NCBI GenBank assembly: GCA_000320545.1
Contig: ADNK01002407.1
Coordinates: 11,950 to 75,949, forward strand
Origin: Bigelowiella natans CCMP2755
Lineage: Eukaryota; Protista; Cercozoa
Reading direction: 5' to 3'
DNA length: 64,000 nt
A program made the position numbers and the translations under genes. Positions 31,846 through 44,400 of the stretch are shown in pieces. The notes below the pieces were generated by a model. That model had not been told where the DNA came from and did no database searches. It worked only from the letters and a program-made list of their open reading frames with translations. Within the stretch, counting starts at the first letter, position 1, and each line of letters starts with the position of its first letter.

Positions 31846-34800
31846 GTGATACTCCGTTGATCGCTGGTTCCAAATGGGGTCATTTGGAGATCGTAAAGTA
31901 CCTGGTTGACATGAAGGCAAACATTGAGGCGAAAAACGAATATGGTGGGTACCAACACTAGAATTGAGACAGCAGTTGTAAAAGATGTTACATCATTTGA
32001 AATCATTTCTACACAACACATTAGGTGATACTCCGTTGATCGCGGCTTCGAGTGGGGGTAATTTTGAGATCGCAAAGTACCTGGTTGACATGAAGGCAAA
32101 CATTGAGGCGAAAAACAAATATGGTGGGTACCAATGCTAGCATTACGACAGCAGTTGTAGATTACATTACATTATTTGAAACGATTTCAATACATTATAT
32201 TAGGTAACACTCCGTTGGTTTGGGGTTCAAAAAAGGGTCATATTGAGATCGTGAAGTACCTGGTTGACATGAAGGCAAACATTGAGGCGAAAAACGAACA
32301 TGGTGGGTACCAACACTAGAATTGAGACAGCAGTTGTAGAAGATGTTACATCATTTGAAATCATTTCTACACAACACATTAGGTGATACTCCGTTGATCG
32401 CGGCTTCGAGTGGGGGTAATTTTGAGATCGCAAAGTACCTGGTTGACATGAAGGCAAACATTGAGGCGAAAAACAAATATGGTGGGTACCAATGCTAGCA
32501 TTACGACAGCAGTTGTAGATTACATTACATTATTTGAAACGATTTCAATACATTATATTAGGTAACACTCCGTTGGTTTGGGGTTCAAAAAAGGGTTATA
32601 TTGAGATCGTAAAGTACCTGGTTGACATGAAGGCAAACATTGAGGCGAAAGACAACAACGGTGGGTACCAATACTAGCATTATGGCAGGAGTTGTAGATT
32701 ATATTACATAATTTATAACGATTTTAATGCAATACACCAGGTCATACTCCGTTGTTTTGTGGTCATTTGGAGATCGTAAAGTGCATGGTTGACATGAAGG
32801 CAAACATCGAGGCGAAAAACGAATATGGTTGGTACCAATACTAGCATTCTGACAGCAGTTGTAGAATATGTAACATTATTTGAAATGATTTCAATGCAAT
32901 GTATTAGGTAATACTCCGTTGGTTTGGGGTTCAAAAAAGGGTGATATTGAGATCGTAAAGTACCTGGTTGACATGAAGGCAAACATTGAGGCGAAAGACA
33001 AATATGGTGAGTACCAATACTAGCATTATGACAGGAGTTGTAGATTATATTACACAATTTATAACGATTTCAATATATTAATTTAGGTAACACTCCGTTG
33101 GTCGCGGGTTTCAAAGAGGACAATTTTGAGATCGTAAAGTACCTGGTTGACATGAAGGCAAACATTGAGGCGAAAGACAAATACGGTGGGTACCAATACT
33201 AGCATTCTGACAGCAGTTGTAGAATATGTAACATTATTTGAAATGATTTCAATGCAACATGTTAGGTGATACTCCGTTGGTTTGGGGTTTACAAAATGGT
33301 CATATTGAAATCGTAAAGTACCTGGTTGACATGAAGGCAAACATTGACACGAAAGACAACAACGGTGGGTACCAATACTAGCATTATGGCAGGAGTTGTA
33401 GATCATATTACATGATTTATAACGATTTCAATACATTAATTTAGGTAACACTCCGTTGGTCGCGGGTTTCAAAGAGGATAATTTTGAGATCGTAAAGTAC
33501 CTGGTTGACTTGAAGGCAAACATTGAGGCGAAAGACAAATGCGGTGGGTACCAATACTAGAATTGAGAAAGTAGTTGTAGAATATGTAACATCATTTGAA
33601 ATGATTTCAATGCAATGCATTAGGTAATACTCCGTTGGTTTTGGGTTTACAAAAGGGTCATATTGAGATCGTAAAGTACCTAGTTTACATGAAGGCAAAC
33701 ATTGAGGCGAAAGACAACCACGGTCGGTACCAATACTAGAATTGATACAGCAGTTGTAGAATTTGATACATCATTTGAAAAGATTTTAATGCAACATATT
33801 AGGTGGTACTCCGTTGGTTTGGAGTTTACAAAAGGGTCACATTGAAATCGCAAAGTACCTGGTTTACATGAAGGCAAACATTGAGGCGAAAGACGAATAT
33901 GGTGGGTACCAATACTAGCATCGTGACAGCAGTTGTAGAAAATGTAACATTGTTTGAAATGATTTCAATGTAATGTATTAGGTAATACTCCGGTGGATTT
34001 GGGTTTCAAAAAGCGTAATTTTGAGATCGTGAAGTACCTGGTTGACATGAAGGCAAACATTGAGGCGAAAACCGAATATGGTGGGTACTTATACTAGCAT
34101 TGTGACAGCAATTGTAGAACATGTTACATTATTTGAAACGATTTTAATGCAATACACCAGGTCATACTCTGTTGTTTTGTGGTCATTTGGAGATCGTAAA
34201 GTGCATGGTTGACAAAAAGGCAAACATCGAGGCGAAAAACGAATATGGTGGGTACCAATACTAGCATTATGACAGCAGTTGTAGAATATGTAACATTATT
34301 TGAAATGATTTCAATGCAATATGTTAGGTGATACTCCGTTGGTTTGGGGTTCACAGAAGGGTCACATTGAAATCGCAAAGTACCTGGTTTACATGAAGGC
34401 AAACATTGAGGCGAAAGACGAATATGGTGGGTACCAATACTAGCATCGTGACAGCAGTTGTAGAAAATGTAACATTGTTTGAAATGATTTCAATGTAATG
34501 TATTAGGTAATACTCCGGTGGATTTGGGTTTCAAAAAGCGTAATTTTGAGATCGTGAAGTACCTGGTTGACATGAAGGCAAATATTGAGGCGAAAGACGA
34601 AGATGGTGGGTACCAATACTAGCATTATGGCAGGAGTTGTAGATTATATTACATAATTTATAACGATTCCAATACATTAATTTAGGTAACACTCCGTTGG
34701 TCGCGGGTTTCAAAGAGTATAATTTTAAGATCGTAAAGTACCTGGTTGACATGAAGGCAAACATTGAGGCGAAAGACAAATACGGTGGGTACCAATACTA

Positions 34801-37800
34801 GCATTTCGACAGCAGTTGTAGATTATATTACATTATTTGAAATGATTTCAATACATTATATTAGGTAACACTCCGTTGGTTTGGGGTTCAAAAAAGGGTC
34901 ATATTGAGATCGTAAAGTACCTGGTTTACATGAAGGCAAACATTGAGGCAAAAGACAACCACGGTCGGTACCAATACTAGAATTGAAACAGCAGTTGTAG
35001 AATTTGATACATCATTTGAAACGATTTTCAATGCAATGTATTAGGTAATACTCCGTTGGTTTGGGGTTCAAAAAAGGGTCATATTGAGATCGTAAAGAAC
35101 CTGGTTTACATGAAGGCAAACATTGAGGCGAAAGACAACCACGGTCGGTACCAATACTAGAATTGAAACAACAGTTGTAGAATTTGATACATCATTTGAA
35201 ACGATTTCAATGCAATATGTTAGGTGGTACTCCGTTGGTTTGGGGTTCCTTTTATGGTCGTTTTAAGATCGTAAAGTACCTGGTTTACATGAAGGCAAAC
35301 ATTGAGGCGAAAGACAAATACGGTGGGTATCAATACTAGAATTAAGACAGCAGTTGTAGAATATGTTACATTATTTGAAATCATTTCTATACAACACATT
35401 AGGTGATACTCCGTTGATCGCGGGTTTCAAAGAGGATAATTTTAAGATCGTAAAGTACCTGGTTGAAATGAAGGCAAACATCGAGGCGAAAAACGAATAT
35501 GGTGGGTACCAATACTAGCATCGTGACAGCAGTTGTAGAATATGTAACATTATTTGAAATGATTTTAATATAATGTATTAGGTAATACTCCGGTGGATTT
35601 GGGTTTCAAAAAGGGTAATTTTGAGATCGTGAAGTACCTGCTTGACATGAAGGCAAACATTGAGGCGAAAAAAGAATATGGTGGGTACCAATACTAGAAT
35701 TAAGACAGCAGTTGTAGAACATGTTACATTATTTGAAACGATTTTAATGCAATACACCAGGTCATACTCCGTTGTTTTGTGGTCATTTGGAGATCGTAAA
35801 GTGCATGGTTGACATGAAGGCAAACATTGAGGCGAAAAACGAATATGGTTGGTACCAATACTAGCATTCTGACAGCAGTTGTAGAATATGTAACATTATT
35901 TGAAATGATTTCAATGCAATATGTTAGGTGATACTCCGTTGGTTTGGGGTTTACAAAAGGGCCATATTGAGATCGTAAAGTACCTGGTTGACATGAAGGC
36001 AAACATTGAGGCGAAAGACAAATATGGTGGGTACCAATACTAGCATTATGGCAGGAGTTGTAGATTATATTACGTAATATAACGATTTCAATACATTAAT
36101 TTAGGTAACACTCCGTTGGTCGCGAGTTTCAAAAAGAATAATTTTAATATCGTAAAGTATCTGGTTGAAATGAAGGCAAACACTGAGGCGAAAGACAAAT
36201 ATGGTGGGTACCAATGCTAGCATTACGACAGCAGTTGTAGAATTTGATACATCATTTGAAAAGATTTCAATATAATGTTTTAGGTAATACTCCGGTGGAT
36301 TTGGGTTTCAAAAAGCGTAATTTTGAGATCGTGAAGTACCTGCTTGACATGAAGGCAAATATTGAGGCGAAAACTGAATATGGTGGGTACCAAAACTAGC
36401 ATTGTAACAGCAGTTGTAGAACTTGTTACATTATTTGAAACGATTTTAATGCAATACACCAGGTCATACTCCGTTGTTTTGTGGTCATTTGGAGATCGTA
36501 AAGTGCATGGTTGACATGAAGGCAAACATTGAGGCGAAAAACTATCATGGTGGGTACCAATACTAGCATTGTGACAGCAGTTGTAGAATTTGATACATCA
36601 TTTGAAATGATTTCAATGCAACATGTTAGGTGATACTCCGTTGGTTTGGGGTTTACAAAATGGTCATATTGAGATCGTAAAGTACCTGGTTGACATGAAG
36701 GCAAACATTTAGGCGAAAAACGAATGTGGTGGGTACCAATACTAGCATTATGACAGCAGTTGTAGAATATGTAACATTATTTGAAATGATTTCAATGCAA
36801 TATGTTAGGTGATACTCCGTTGGTTTGGGGTTCACAGAAGGGTCATATTGAGATCGTAAAGTACCTGGTTGACATGAAGGCAAACATTGAGGCGAAAGAC
36901 AACAACGGTAGGTACCCATATTAGCATTATGGCAGGAGTTGTAGATTATATTACATAATTTATAACGATTTCAATACATTATATTAGGTCGTACTCCGTT
37001 GGTTTGGGGTTCACGAAAGGGTCTTATTGAGATCGTAGAGTACCTGGTTGAAATGAAGGCAAACATTGAGGCGAAAGACGAAGATGGTGGGTACCAATAC
37101 TAGCATTGTGACAGCAGTTGTAGAACATATTGTATAATTTATTATTACATTTTCAATACATTATATTAGGTAATACTCCGTTGGTTTGGGGTTCACATAA
37201 GGGTAATTTTGAGATCGTAAAGTACCTGGTTGACATGAAGGCAAACACTGAGGCAAAAAACGAAGATGGTGGGTACCACCAATGCTAGCATTGTGACAGC
37301 AGTTGTAGAACATGTAACATTATTTGAAATGATTTCAATACAATGTATTAGGTGATACTCCGTTGGTTTGGAGTTCAAAAAACACTGAGGCAGACGAATA
37401 TGGTGGGTAGCATACTAGCGTTGAGACAGCAGTTGTAGAATATGTAACATCATATGAAACGATTTCAATGCAATGTATTAGGTGTTGTTTGGGGTTCACA
37501 AAAGGGTCATGTTAAGATCGTAAAGTACCTGGTTGACATGAAGGCAAACACTGAGGCGAAAGACGAAGATGGTGGGTAGCAATACTAGCAATGAGGCAGG
37601 AGTTGTAGATTATATTACATGATTTATAACGATTTCAATACATTGTATTAGGTCGTACTCCGTTGATTTGGGGTTCACGAAAGGGTAATATTGAGATCGT
37701 AGAGTGCCTGGTTGAAATGAAGGCAAACATTGAGGCGAAAGACGAAGATGGTGGGTACCAATACTAGCAATGAGGCAGGAGTTGTAGATTATATTACATG

Positions 37801-38100
37801 ATTTATAACGATTTCAATACATTATATTAGGTCGTACTCCGTTGATTTGGGGTTCACGAAAGGGTAATATTGAGATCGTAGAGTGCCTGGTTGAAATGAA
37901 GGCAAACATTGAGGCGAAAGACGAAGATGGTGGGTACCAATACTAGCATTGTGACAGCAGTTGTAGAACATGTTGTATGAGTTATGATTACAGTTTCAAC
38001 ACTTAGGTAATACTCCGTTGCTTTTGGGTTCAAAAAAGGATAATTTTGAGATCGTGAAGTACCTGGTTGAAATGAAGGCAAACACTGAGGCCAAGAACGG
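31846..38100. repeat. Tandem array, ~179-bp period, ~36 copies with higher-order duplications
   Basis: AAGGCAAAC recurs every ~179 bp; a shorter 12-nt-deletion variant recurs at about 32741, 34161, 35761 and 36463. Confidence 0.95.
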
Positions 38101-38350
38101 ATATGGGATGACTCCCTATGACTTGGCAAATGATGAACTCAAAAGCTTCATTGAGCATTCTTGCATTGAGCGACGGATCCAGGTGTTCAACAGAGATTTG
38201 AGAGATTTGTACTTCTTGAGCACGGAATTGAAGCGGGGGTTGGGGGCAGAAGTCGTCGCCATCAACTCGAAAAAGCGGAAGCGGTCGCGGTCGCCGTCGC
38301 CGTCTCCGTTTCGGTCTTCTTCGTCAGACGACTACAGTCATTATGAATGA
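31846..38350 (+). CDS. Ankyrin-repeat protein built from ~36 tandem exon+intron units (99-nt phase-1 exon = one 33-aa ANK repeat, ~80-nt intron); terminal exon 38007-38350; 5' end not found; one unit has a nonsense codon
   Basis: Spliced unit reads GDTPLIAASSGGNFEIAKYLVDMKANIEAKNKY, a canonical ANK GxTPL..GxxEIVKYL..ANxEAK repeat. Units have GT(G/T/C/A)GGT-type donors and TAG/CAG acceptors. TAG stop at 36710-36712. Confidence 0.88.
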
Positions 38351-39130
38351 CTATTTTTTTGGTTCCAATTTGCAAAAAGTGACATTTTTGAACAGCATGA
38401 TGGAAAACTACGTCATTTCATCACAATTTGCAAATGACAACAAAATGGGAGGAACTTGCAATGGTGCATTTCAAAGATTTGTGATGGTGTGCGTGCTCCA
38501 AAGCCTCTGAACAACAACGCTGATGACAATGACAATGTGGTGCTTCATGCACACGACAATCGAATGCATGAGACGGATGTGATGAAGTGATCAAGTCTTT
38601 TCAATTGTCATCCCAACATGTGTGGCTGTGCAAAGCAGCGGCCACAGGGCGTGTGTTGTGTCTGCGTGTCTCTTCTGTTGTGTGTTTCATGCACTTGAAA
38701 GCATCTGCATCCGGTCCTAGCTGGGGTCGTCGGTGTCGCGCAGTGCGTGCAACAGTTCGCTGCCTCTTTTTCTGCTTCAGTCATCAGTGGCTTTGTCTCA
38801 TCGTTTCGATTGTTCATGATGGCGTTTGATTGATTGCGCAATCTGAGCTGTTGGTGTTCGCAGGCTGCTGACACAGACACCATCAGTGAGAAACAGCCGA
38901 GAAGTCACAAGCACGCTGACATGTGCAGTGAAACGACGCAGAAACGCAATGCAGCAACAGCCTTCCACACACCACAATGTGATGACGGTGAAGGAAGAAA
39001 AGGCCACAGAAACAATCTGCTGACTCTGAACATGCACGTGTGCATTCGATTTCAACTTCGCTCTGCAATCATGATGCTCAATGATGTGCATGTTTGCTGG
39101 CTGCCACACAGCTATGCGATGCAATGCAGC

Positions 39131-39255
39131 GACTGCCATGCGCATGCGTGTGCGTGCCATGACGAAGCGACATGCGACTGCCATGCGCATGTGTGCTGTG
39201 ACGAAGCGAAAACCGACTGCTGTGCGCATGCACATGCGTGCTGTGACGAATCGAA
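39131..39255 (+). repeat. Three ~40-46-bp tandem copies (GACTGC...GACGAA)
   Basis: Direct read; the copies differ by CA vs TG at aligned positions. Confidence 0.85.
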
Positions 39256-39349
39256 GTCGCATTTCAGGCCATTGAGCACTTCTAGACTTCCAAAAGTCCG
39301 GGAACAGTGATCCCAAAAAGTCTGCACAACTAGCGGTTCCCGCACAGAG

Positions 39350-40720
39350 GATGAGGAACAATTGCAAAGGGCAAGAAGCTTGCAACAACGATGAAGAACA
39401 CCGAAGACGCAACTTGCAACGAACAAAAAAAAAGGACAAAAAAAGAGCTGAAATCGCCAAGCGAGCAAGGTCTGGGAATGGTTCAAAAGAGGAAAATGAC
39501 AAGGTCAGGCTTCGGGAAAAACAGCAAAAAAAAAACACTTCGATTCAACTCCAGGCATTGCACCAGAAGCTTCCGTGATCAAAAAAGCACGTGAGCTCTC
39601 ACGAAAACGAAAGGAAAGCGAGGCTGAGCTGAAAGAGATGGTTCTCGATTGTTTCAGGGATCCGAGAACCGGCACCATTTTTGCAAATGGTCAAAGGTGT
39701 GAAAAGCTTCGAAAACTGGACCCGGATGATGTGAAAAGGCGTGCCGAGAGGGAGAAGCAGCGCAAGAGAGTGAAGGCCTAGCAACAGATTCCAATGAAAA
39801 CCAGATCATTCAGCCCAAAAAAAAATGCATGGACATCAAATTGGTGCTTGAATGCTTTGAATGTCATGTCTTGATGCATTTTTTTTCCCTCTGTGTTCAC
39901 TTGCGTGGCATGATCTTCGCGCGATGATCCCTCGTGAAACCGTTGAAATGTTTGAGAAGATGATCTTCGCGAATGGCATTCCCCCGAGACCTTCCTTGCC
40001 ACCAAAATAGGAAGCTTGCTGGGAGCGGGCTAGCAGGTTCTCGGTTCCGGAGCATGTTGAAATCATCAAAAAGGCTGCTGGAACACCCGCATCCGCGGAA
40101 ATGCGTTCGGGAAAGGGTGGGCCGAAATCGCTCACCGAGATGATCAGGATAGAGGTCCCCGTCTCAGCCTCGCTCGCCGCCAAACTCACGACCTTGCGCC
40201 CTGAGTTGCTCGAGAAGGCGTTCGAAGAAGAGGTCACCCAAGAGCGAGGCATCCTCGCCACAATGGAGGAGAAACGTGACCCCCCTTGAACGAGCTGGTC
40301 AGCTACCTTCGTCTTGAAGGGCATGCTCTGGATGAAATGAAGGCCCCGCCATTCGTTTCAGCGGTCGTCGGCAAGGCCCTGGAAAAAAAGCACCACCAAG
40401 CGATGAAGGCGCTCAAGAAACATCAGCGAAGCCTCGAGAAAAGCGTCCTGAGCCGAGACAAAACAAGCAAATGCTGTCGCAAGTCACAACTCTGGAAAGG
40501 CGAGTCTGTGCCAACGCAAGGTTGCTGACTCAGCAGCAGCATCGAAGCGGCGTGCCCCGCTTCGGGAATGAGATCTCAGGGCCTGCGCATTGCGTTGCAG
40601 CTGGTGCCGTGCCCGCAGCGAGAGAGGCGGTCAAACCGCTGATGAGCTCCAACACGATGGAAATCGTCAAAAGCTTGTTCGTTTCCCCCACCTCCCTGCA
40701 CCCCCGCTCCAGATGACCCC
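39350..40720 (+). pseudogene. Degenerate coding-like segment of unknown family inside the TA-depleted tract
   Basis: Charged, protein-like fragments in shifting frames (KRKESEAELKEMVLD.., LRPELLEKAFEEEV.., KALEKKHHQAMKALKK); no recognisable domain. Confidence 0.3.
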
Positions 40721-40954
40721 AAATTTTCAATTTCCATGCAGAAAACAAGGCATTCCTCGAAACAGTTTGCGTTCTTGATCGCATGATGACAGCTAGGTCA
40801 TTGGTCAAATGGCAGGGGCGCATGTGCACAATGTGCATCACACGAACGAACAAGTGATGAGTCATGCATCGTGCCAGGGAAAAACGAAGGTTCTTTCCAA
40901 CATTGCGCAATGTTGATCATGCAACTCCATTTCTTCTCCCAGACACTTTGGAGT

Positions 40955-41263
40955 TCACACTTTCTGGTTCACGCACACTTTGACGGTCCCGTCCGCTGAC
41001 CCCGAAACAACCGTCTGCCCGTCCCGCGAATCCGCGACCGAGCGCACCCAATTCGAATGCCCCGTGAGCGTTTTGGAGTCCATGGTTCGCCACACTTTGG
41101 TGGTCTTGTCCCGTGACCCCGAAACGACCGTCTGCCCGTCCCGCGAGACGGCGACCGAGTGCACATCATTGGAAAGCCCCGTGAGCGTCTTGGTGCATGT
41201 TCCCGAGGAGACATCCCACATTTTGATGGTGTTGTCCCGTGACCCCGAAACGACCGTCTGCCC
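40955..41263 (-). pseudogene. WD40-repeat relic with high internal similarity (HET-E/HNWD-like repeat style)
   Basis: GQTVVSGSRDNTIKMWDVSSGTCTKTLTGLSNDVHSVAVSRDGQTVVSGSRDKTTKVW..TLTGHSNWVRSVA.SRDGQTVVSGSADGTVKV; truncated at both ends. Confidence 0.85.
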
Positions 41264-41425
41264 AATTCATCTTTGTTCTGAATGCAACTTGAAAACGAAG
41301 ACATGCAATTGCGCATCGCACATCAACACTCAACGAGCAGCACACAAACACGCACTCACACTCCAAAGCACGCAATTCCAATCAAGCTGACGCTTCCCAC
41401 TGAAGGGAACATTCGTTGAGCTGTT

Positions 41426-44400
41426 TCAAGGGACCAAAAGTTTCCAAAGCTGATGCAGGTCCCAACACTCCTCAGTGTTGGCAATCTTCAGCAATCTTTG
41501 AGCTTTCTTCAAGTCTTTGACGTCTTGCTTTCCAAGCAAGGAATTTCTTTGCACGCAGCACCCAAAGGCGACGCATGCACACACCAATGTCTTCCCACCA
41601 TTGGTTTTCCTCCACTCTTTTGTTGTTGTCGTTTGACCACCCAGACTCAAACGACGTGTCTTCTTTTTTGTCTCTCGTGATGAGCACAAGGACGTTGGAA
41701 ACCTCCTGAGTGGAAGAGAGGTTCCATTTCAATTGGTAGTCGCGCAGGATGTGTTGCACTTGCTAGCTTGGGGGCCATTGCAGGAACAAAGGTGTTGTGG
41801 GCAATCCCCAACACCCACACGTTGACACAGGAGGCAATGCGGGGGCTTCAAGGCAGAAGGGTCTTTCGGAGCGATGTGACCCTTCCAGATTCTGAACACA
41901 AAGTGGGCATCTTTGGGGGCCAGTCGCAAAGATGGGTGTGCAGTTCGGCCTTTCTTCTTGCATTGCAAATTGAACGACTTCAGTGACGTGGAGCACCACA
42001 CTGCGTCAGCCAGGAGAGAAGACAGGGAAACTTGTTTTTGGCAATTGTCTTTCACGTCGGCATCAGGTCTCGCTTGGGCCGTCTTCTCATCCGTGTCGTC
42101 CGCATGGCGGCAGCGCAGCCACTTGACCAACTCAGCTTTCTTCATTGCCCTCAATGCTCTTCCTTTGGCTCGAATGCCATTGGCCACGCAGAACACAGTC
42201 AGCCTTTTCTTGGTCCACGATGGGAGGGACTCGACATCGAAGTCCAGCTCTCTTCCGCGAAGAGCTTCGGGGGTGAGTGTTGCAGGTTCGGCACTCACTC
42301 TCTCTCTTCTTTGTCTTTCCTCAATGCTCTCATGCTTGGTCAAGTCTCGAATCATCATGGCTTTGTTTTTCCTTCTGGACGTGATGCCCCGTTGCTTGCA
42401 CTCCAATTGCAGCTGTTTGAACGGCATCTCACTGAAGTGGAACTCCTCGATTCCCACGTCATTGTTGTCATGGACAACAGCACTGCGCACATTGGGATCT
42501 GGATTCTGATGCGTCCAAGAGGGGATGGAGATGAGCTCCATGTCCACGGCCATTTGGAAGCAGTTGTGCACCATTGTGCACCACGGCAGGTCAACGTCAT
42601 CAACGAGACCCAAAAGGAGTTTGCGGAGTCTTTGAAAGTTGCACATGGCCACTTTGAGGACGAACCGCACCACTCTGATCATCACCAGTTCCTCAGCGGG
42701 TCTCCAACCAAGAAAAGTCAGCACAGCATCCGAGGAGTCCGAGTTGAAGCACCTCAGGGCTTTCCTGCCAAGCCAGCATCAGCAAGGCGTGCCATCATCA
42801 CAGTCATCCGTGCTGTGTCAATTTGTTGGACTTCGCATCCGCAGAGGAACTTGGGAAGCCACACTGACGTGATGACGAGGCATGCCACGCAGCACGACCA
42901 GTGGGCACCCAAGTTGAACGTCAGCAACCCAGTTGGGCAATTTCCTGTGTGCTTCAACCTTCTCGTGGACCCTTTCTTGATCCAGGAATTTTGCAACTTG
43001 CGTGTGGAGAAAGCAACGCCCAGGTAGACGAACTTGTCGACACAGTCCAGGCGCTGTCCACACATGGTCACAGTCTTTTCCTCAGTCGTGGGAGCGTGTT
43101 TCCGTTCCGTGGAACCAAGGACCATGACCTTGCACTTTGTGAGCCCGAATTGCATGCCACTTGCTGTCGCAAAGTCCTCCGCAATTGTTGCACACTTCTG
43201 GGGATCTGATGAGCCAAGGAGGCCAATGCCAGCAAGGTCGTCTGCGAACCCGAGCATGCAAATGCGGTCGAGGGGTGCACGTCTGGGGCCACCAGTGATC
43301 GACACACCCTGCATCTCGATTTGACACCTTGCTGGCTTGCAATGACGATGTCAATGAAGCAGTTGAAGAAAAAGGGGGCGAGGACACTGCCCTGTGGAAC
43401 GCCTCTGTGCACGGGCAGTGGCTCAGGAGTGGTCCCATCGACCAGCAATGTGCGAACGTGGTTCAGCATCCAATGGAGGCCGAACCGGACGATGTGGTCA
43501 GGCAAACTGGGGAATCGCATTTTCACTCTGCGCACAACGATTCTGGTGGATGGGAACACTGTCGTGGGCCTTCTTCAGGTCCAGGAACAACACCAGTGCG
43601 GATTTTCGGTCTCTGCGAAGGGCTTCTTCGGTCACTTTCAGTCTCCATGCTTGTTCAATGCAGCCCCTCTTCTCAACGAAACCACCTTGGTTGAAATGCA
43701 ACTTGATTTTGAGTTTCTTGATTCTTCTCCAATGTGGGGACTTTGAGTCCCTGTGCGTGCACGCGCAAGGAACACGTGCACCCAGGCACGTCACGTGTGC
43801 CCAAAAAGCACACGTGCTCTGTTCACATCCACACGTGCACCAAACAAGCCACTGCACATGCACCGAAAATTGCCAAGCGTGGCTGCAGTGCACGCAGTTC
43901 GCACGCAACAGCACGCAGTTGTGCAGCACACACCACTGATTGCACAGATGTTCATCTTGGCAAGTCTGATGCGTGCATTTTCAGGCACACGACATTGCTC
44001 TGCTGCACTTGCGTGCACGCGTGCATGGGCACACGTGTGGTCACAGGTGCACACGAAGTGCGTGATGTGCACACGCAGTGGACGGCATGCACGCACAGGG
44101 ACTTCAAGTCCCCACACCAAAGGATGTGCTCCAAGAGTTTCGCAGTGCACGACAGCAAGGTGATGGGGCGGTGTTGCAGAGGTTCGGGCTCAGGGACCTT
44201 CGGGATGAGGACCACCACTGAGCGGTGCCATTCGCGCGGAATTTCCGAAGGGTTTCTGAGCCCTTTGTTGAACAGGTCGAGGAGGAAAGAGTGTGATTCA
44301 GTGGGCAGGGCTTGAAGCAGCTTGTTGGTCATGCCGTCCAGGCCCGGAGCTTTGTTGTGAGGGAGCATTGCGATCGTCGATTGAAGTTCATCGAGAGTCA

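Noticed and set aside
31846-38100. CRISPR-like repeat-spacer appearance of the 179-bp array
   Set aside because: The 'spacers' are homologous to one another, the units translate as ankyrin repeats between GT-AG introns, there are no cas genes, and the context is eukaryotic.
31839-38129. Repeated minus-strand ORFs 'MPSCQPGTLRSQ...'
   Set aside because: Antisense shadows of the plus-strand ankyrin exon/intron units.
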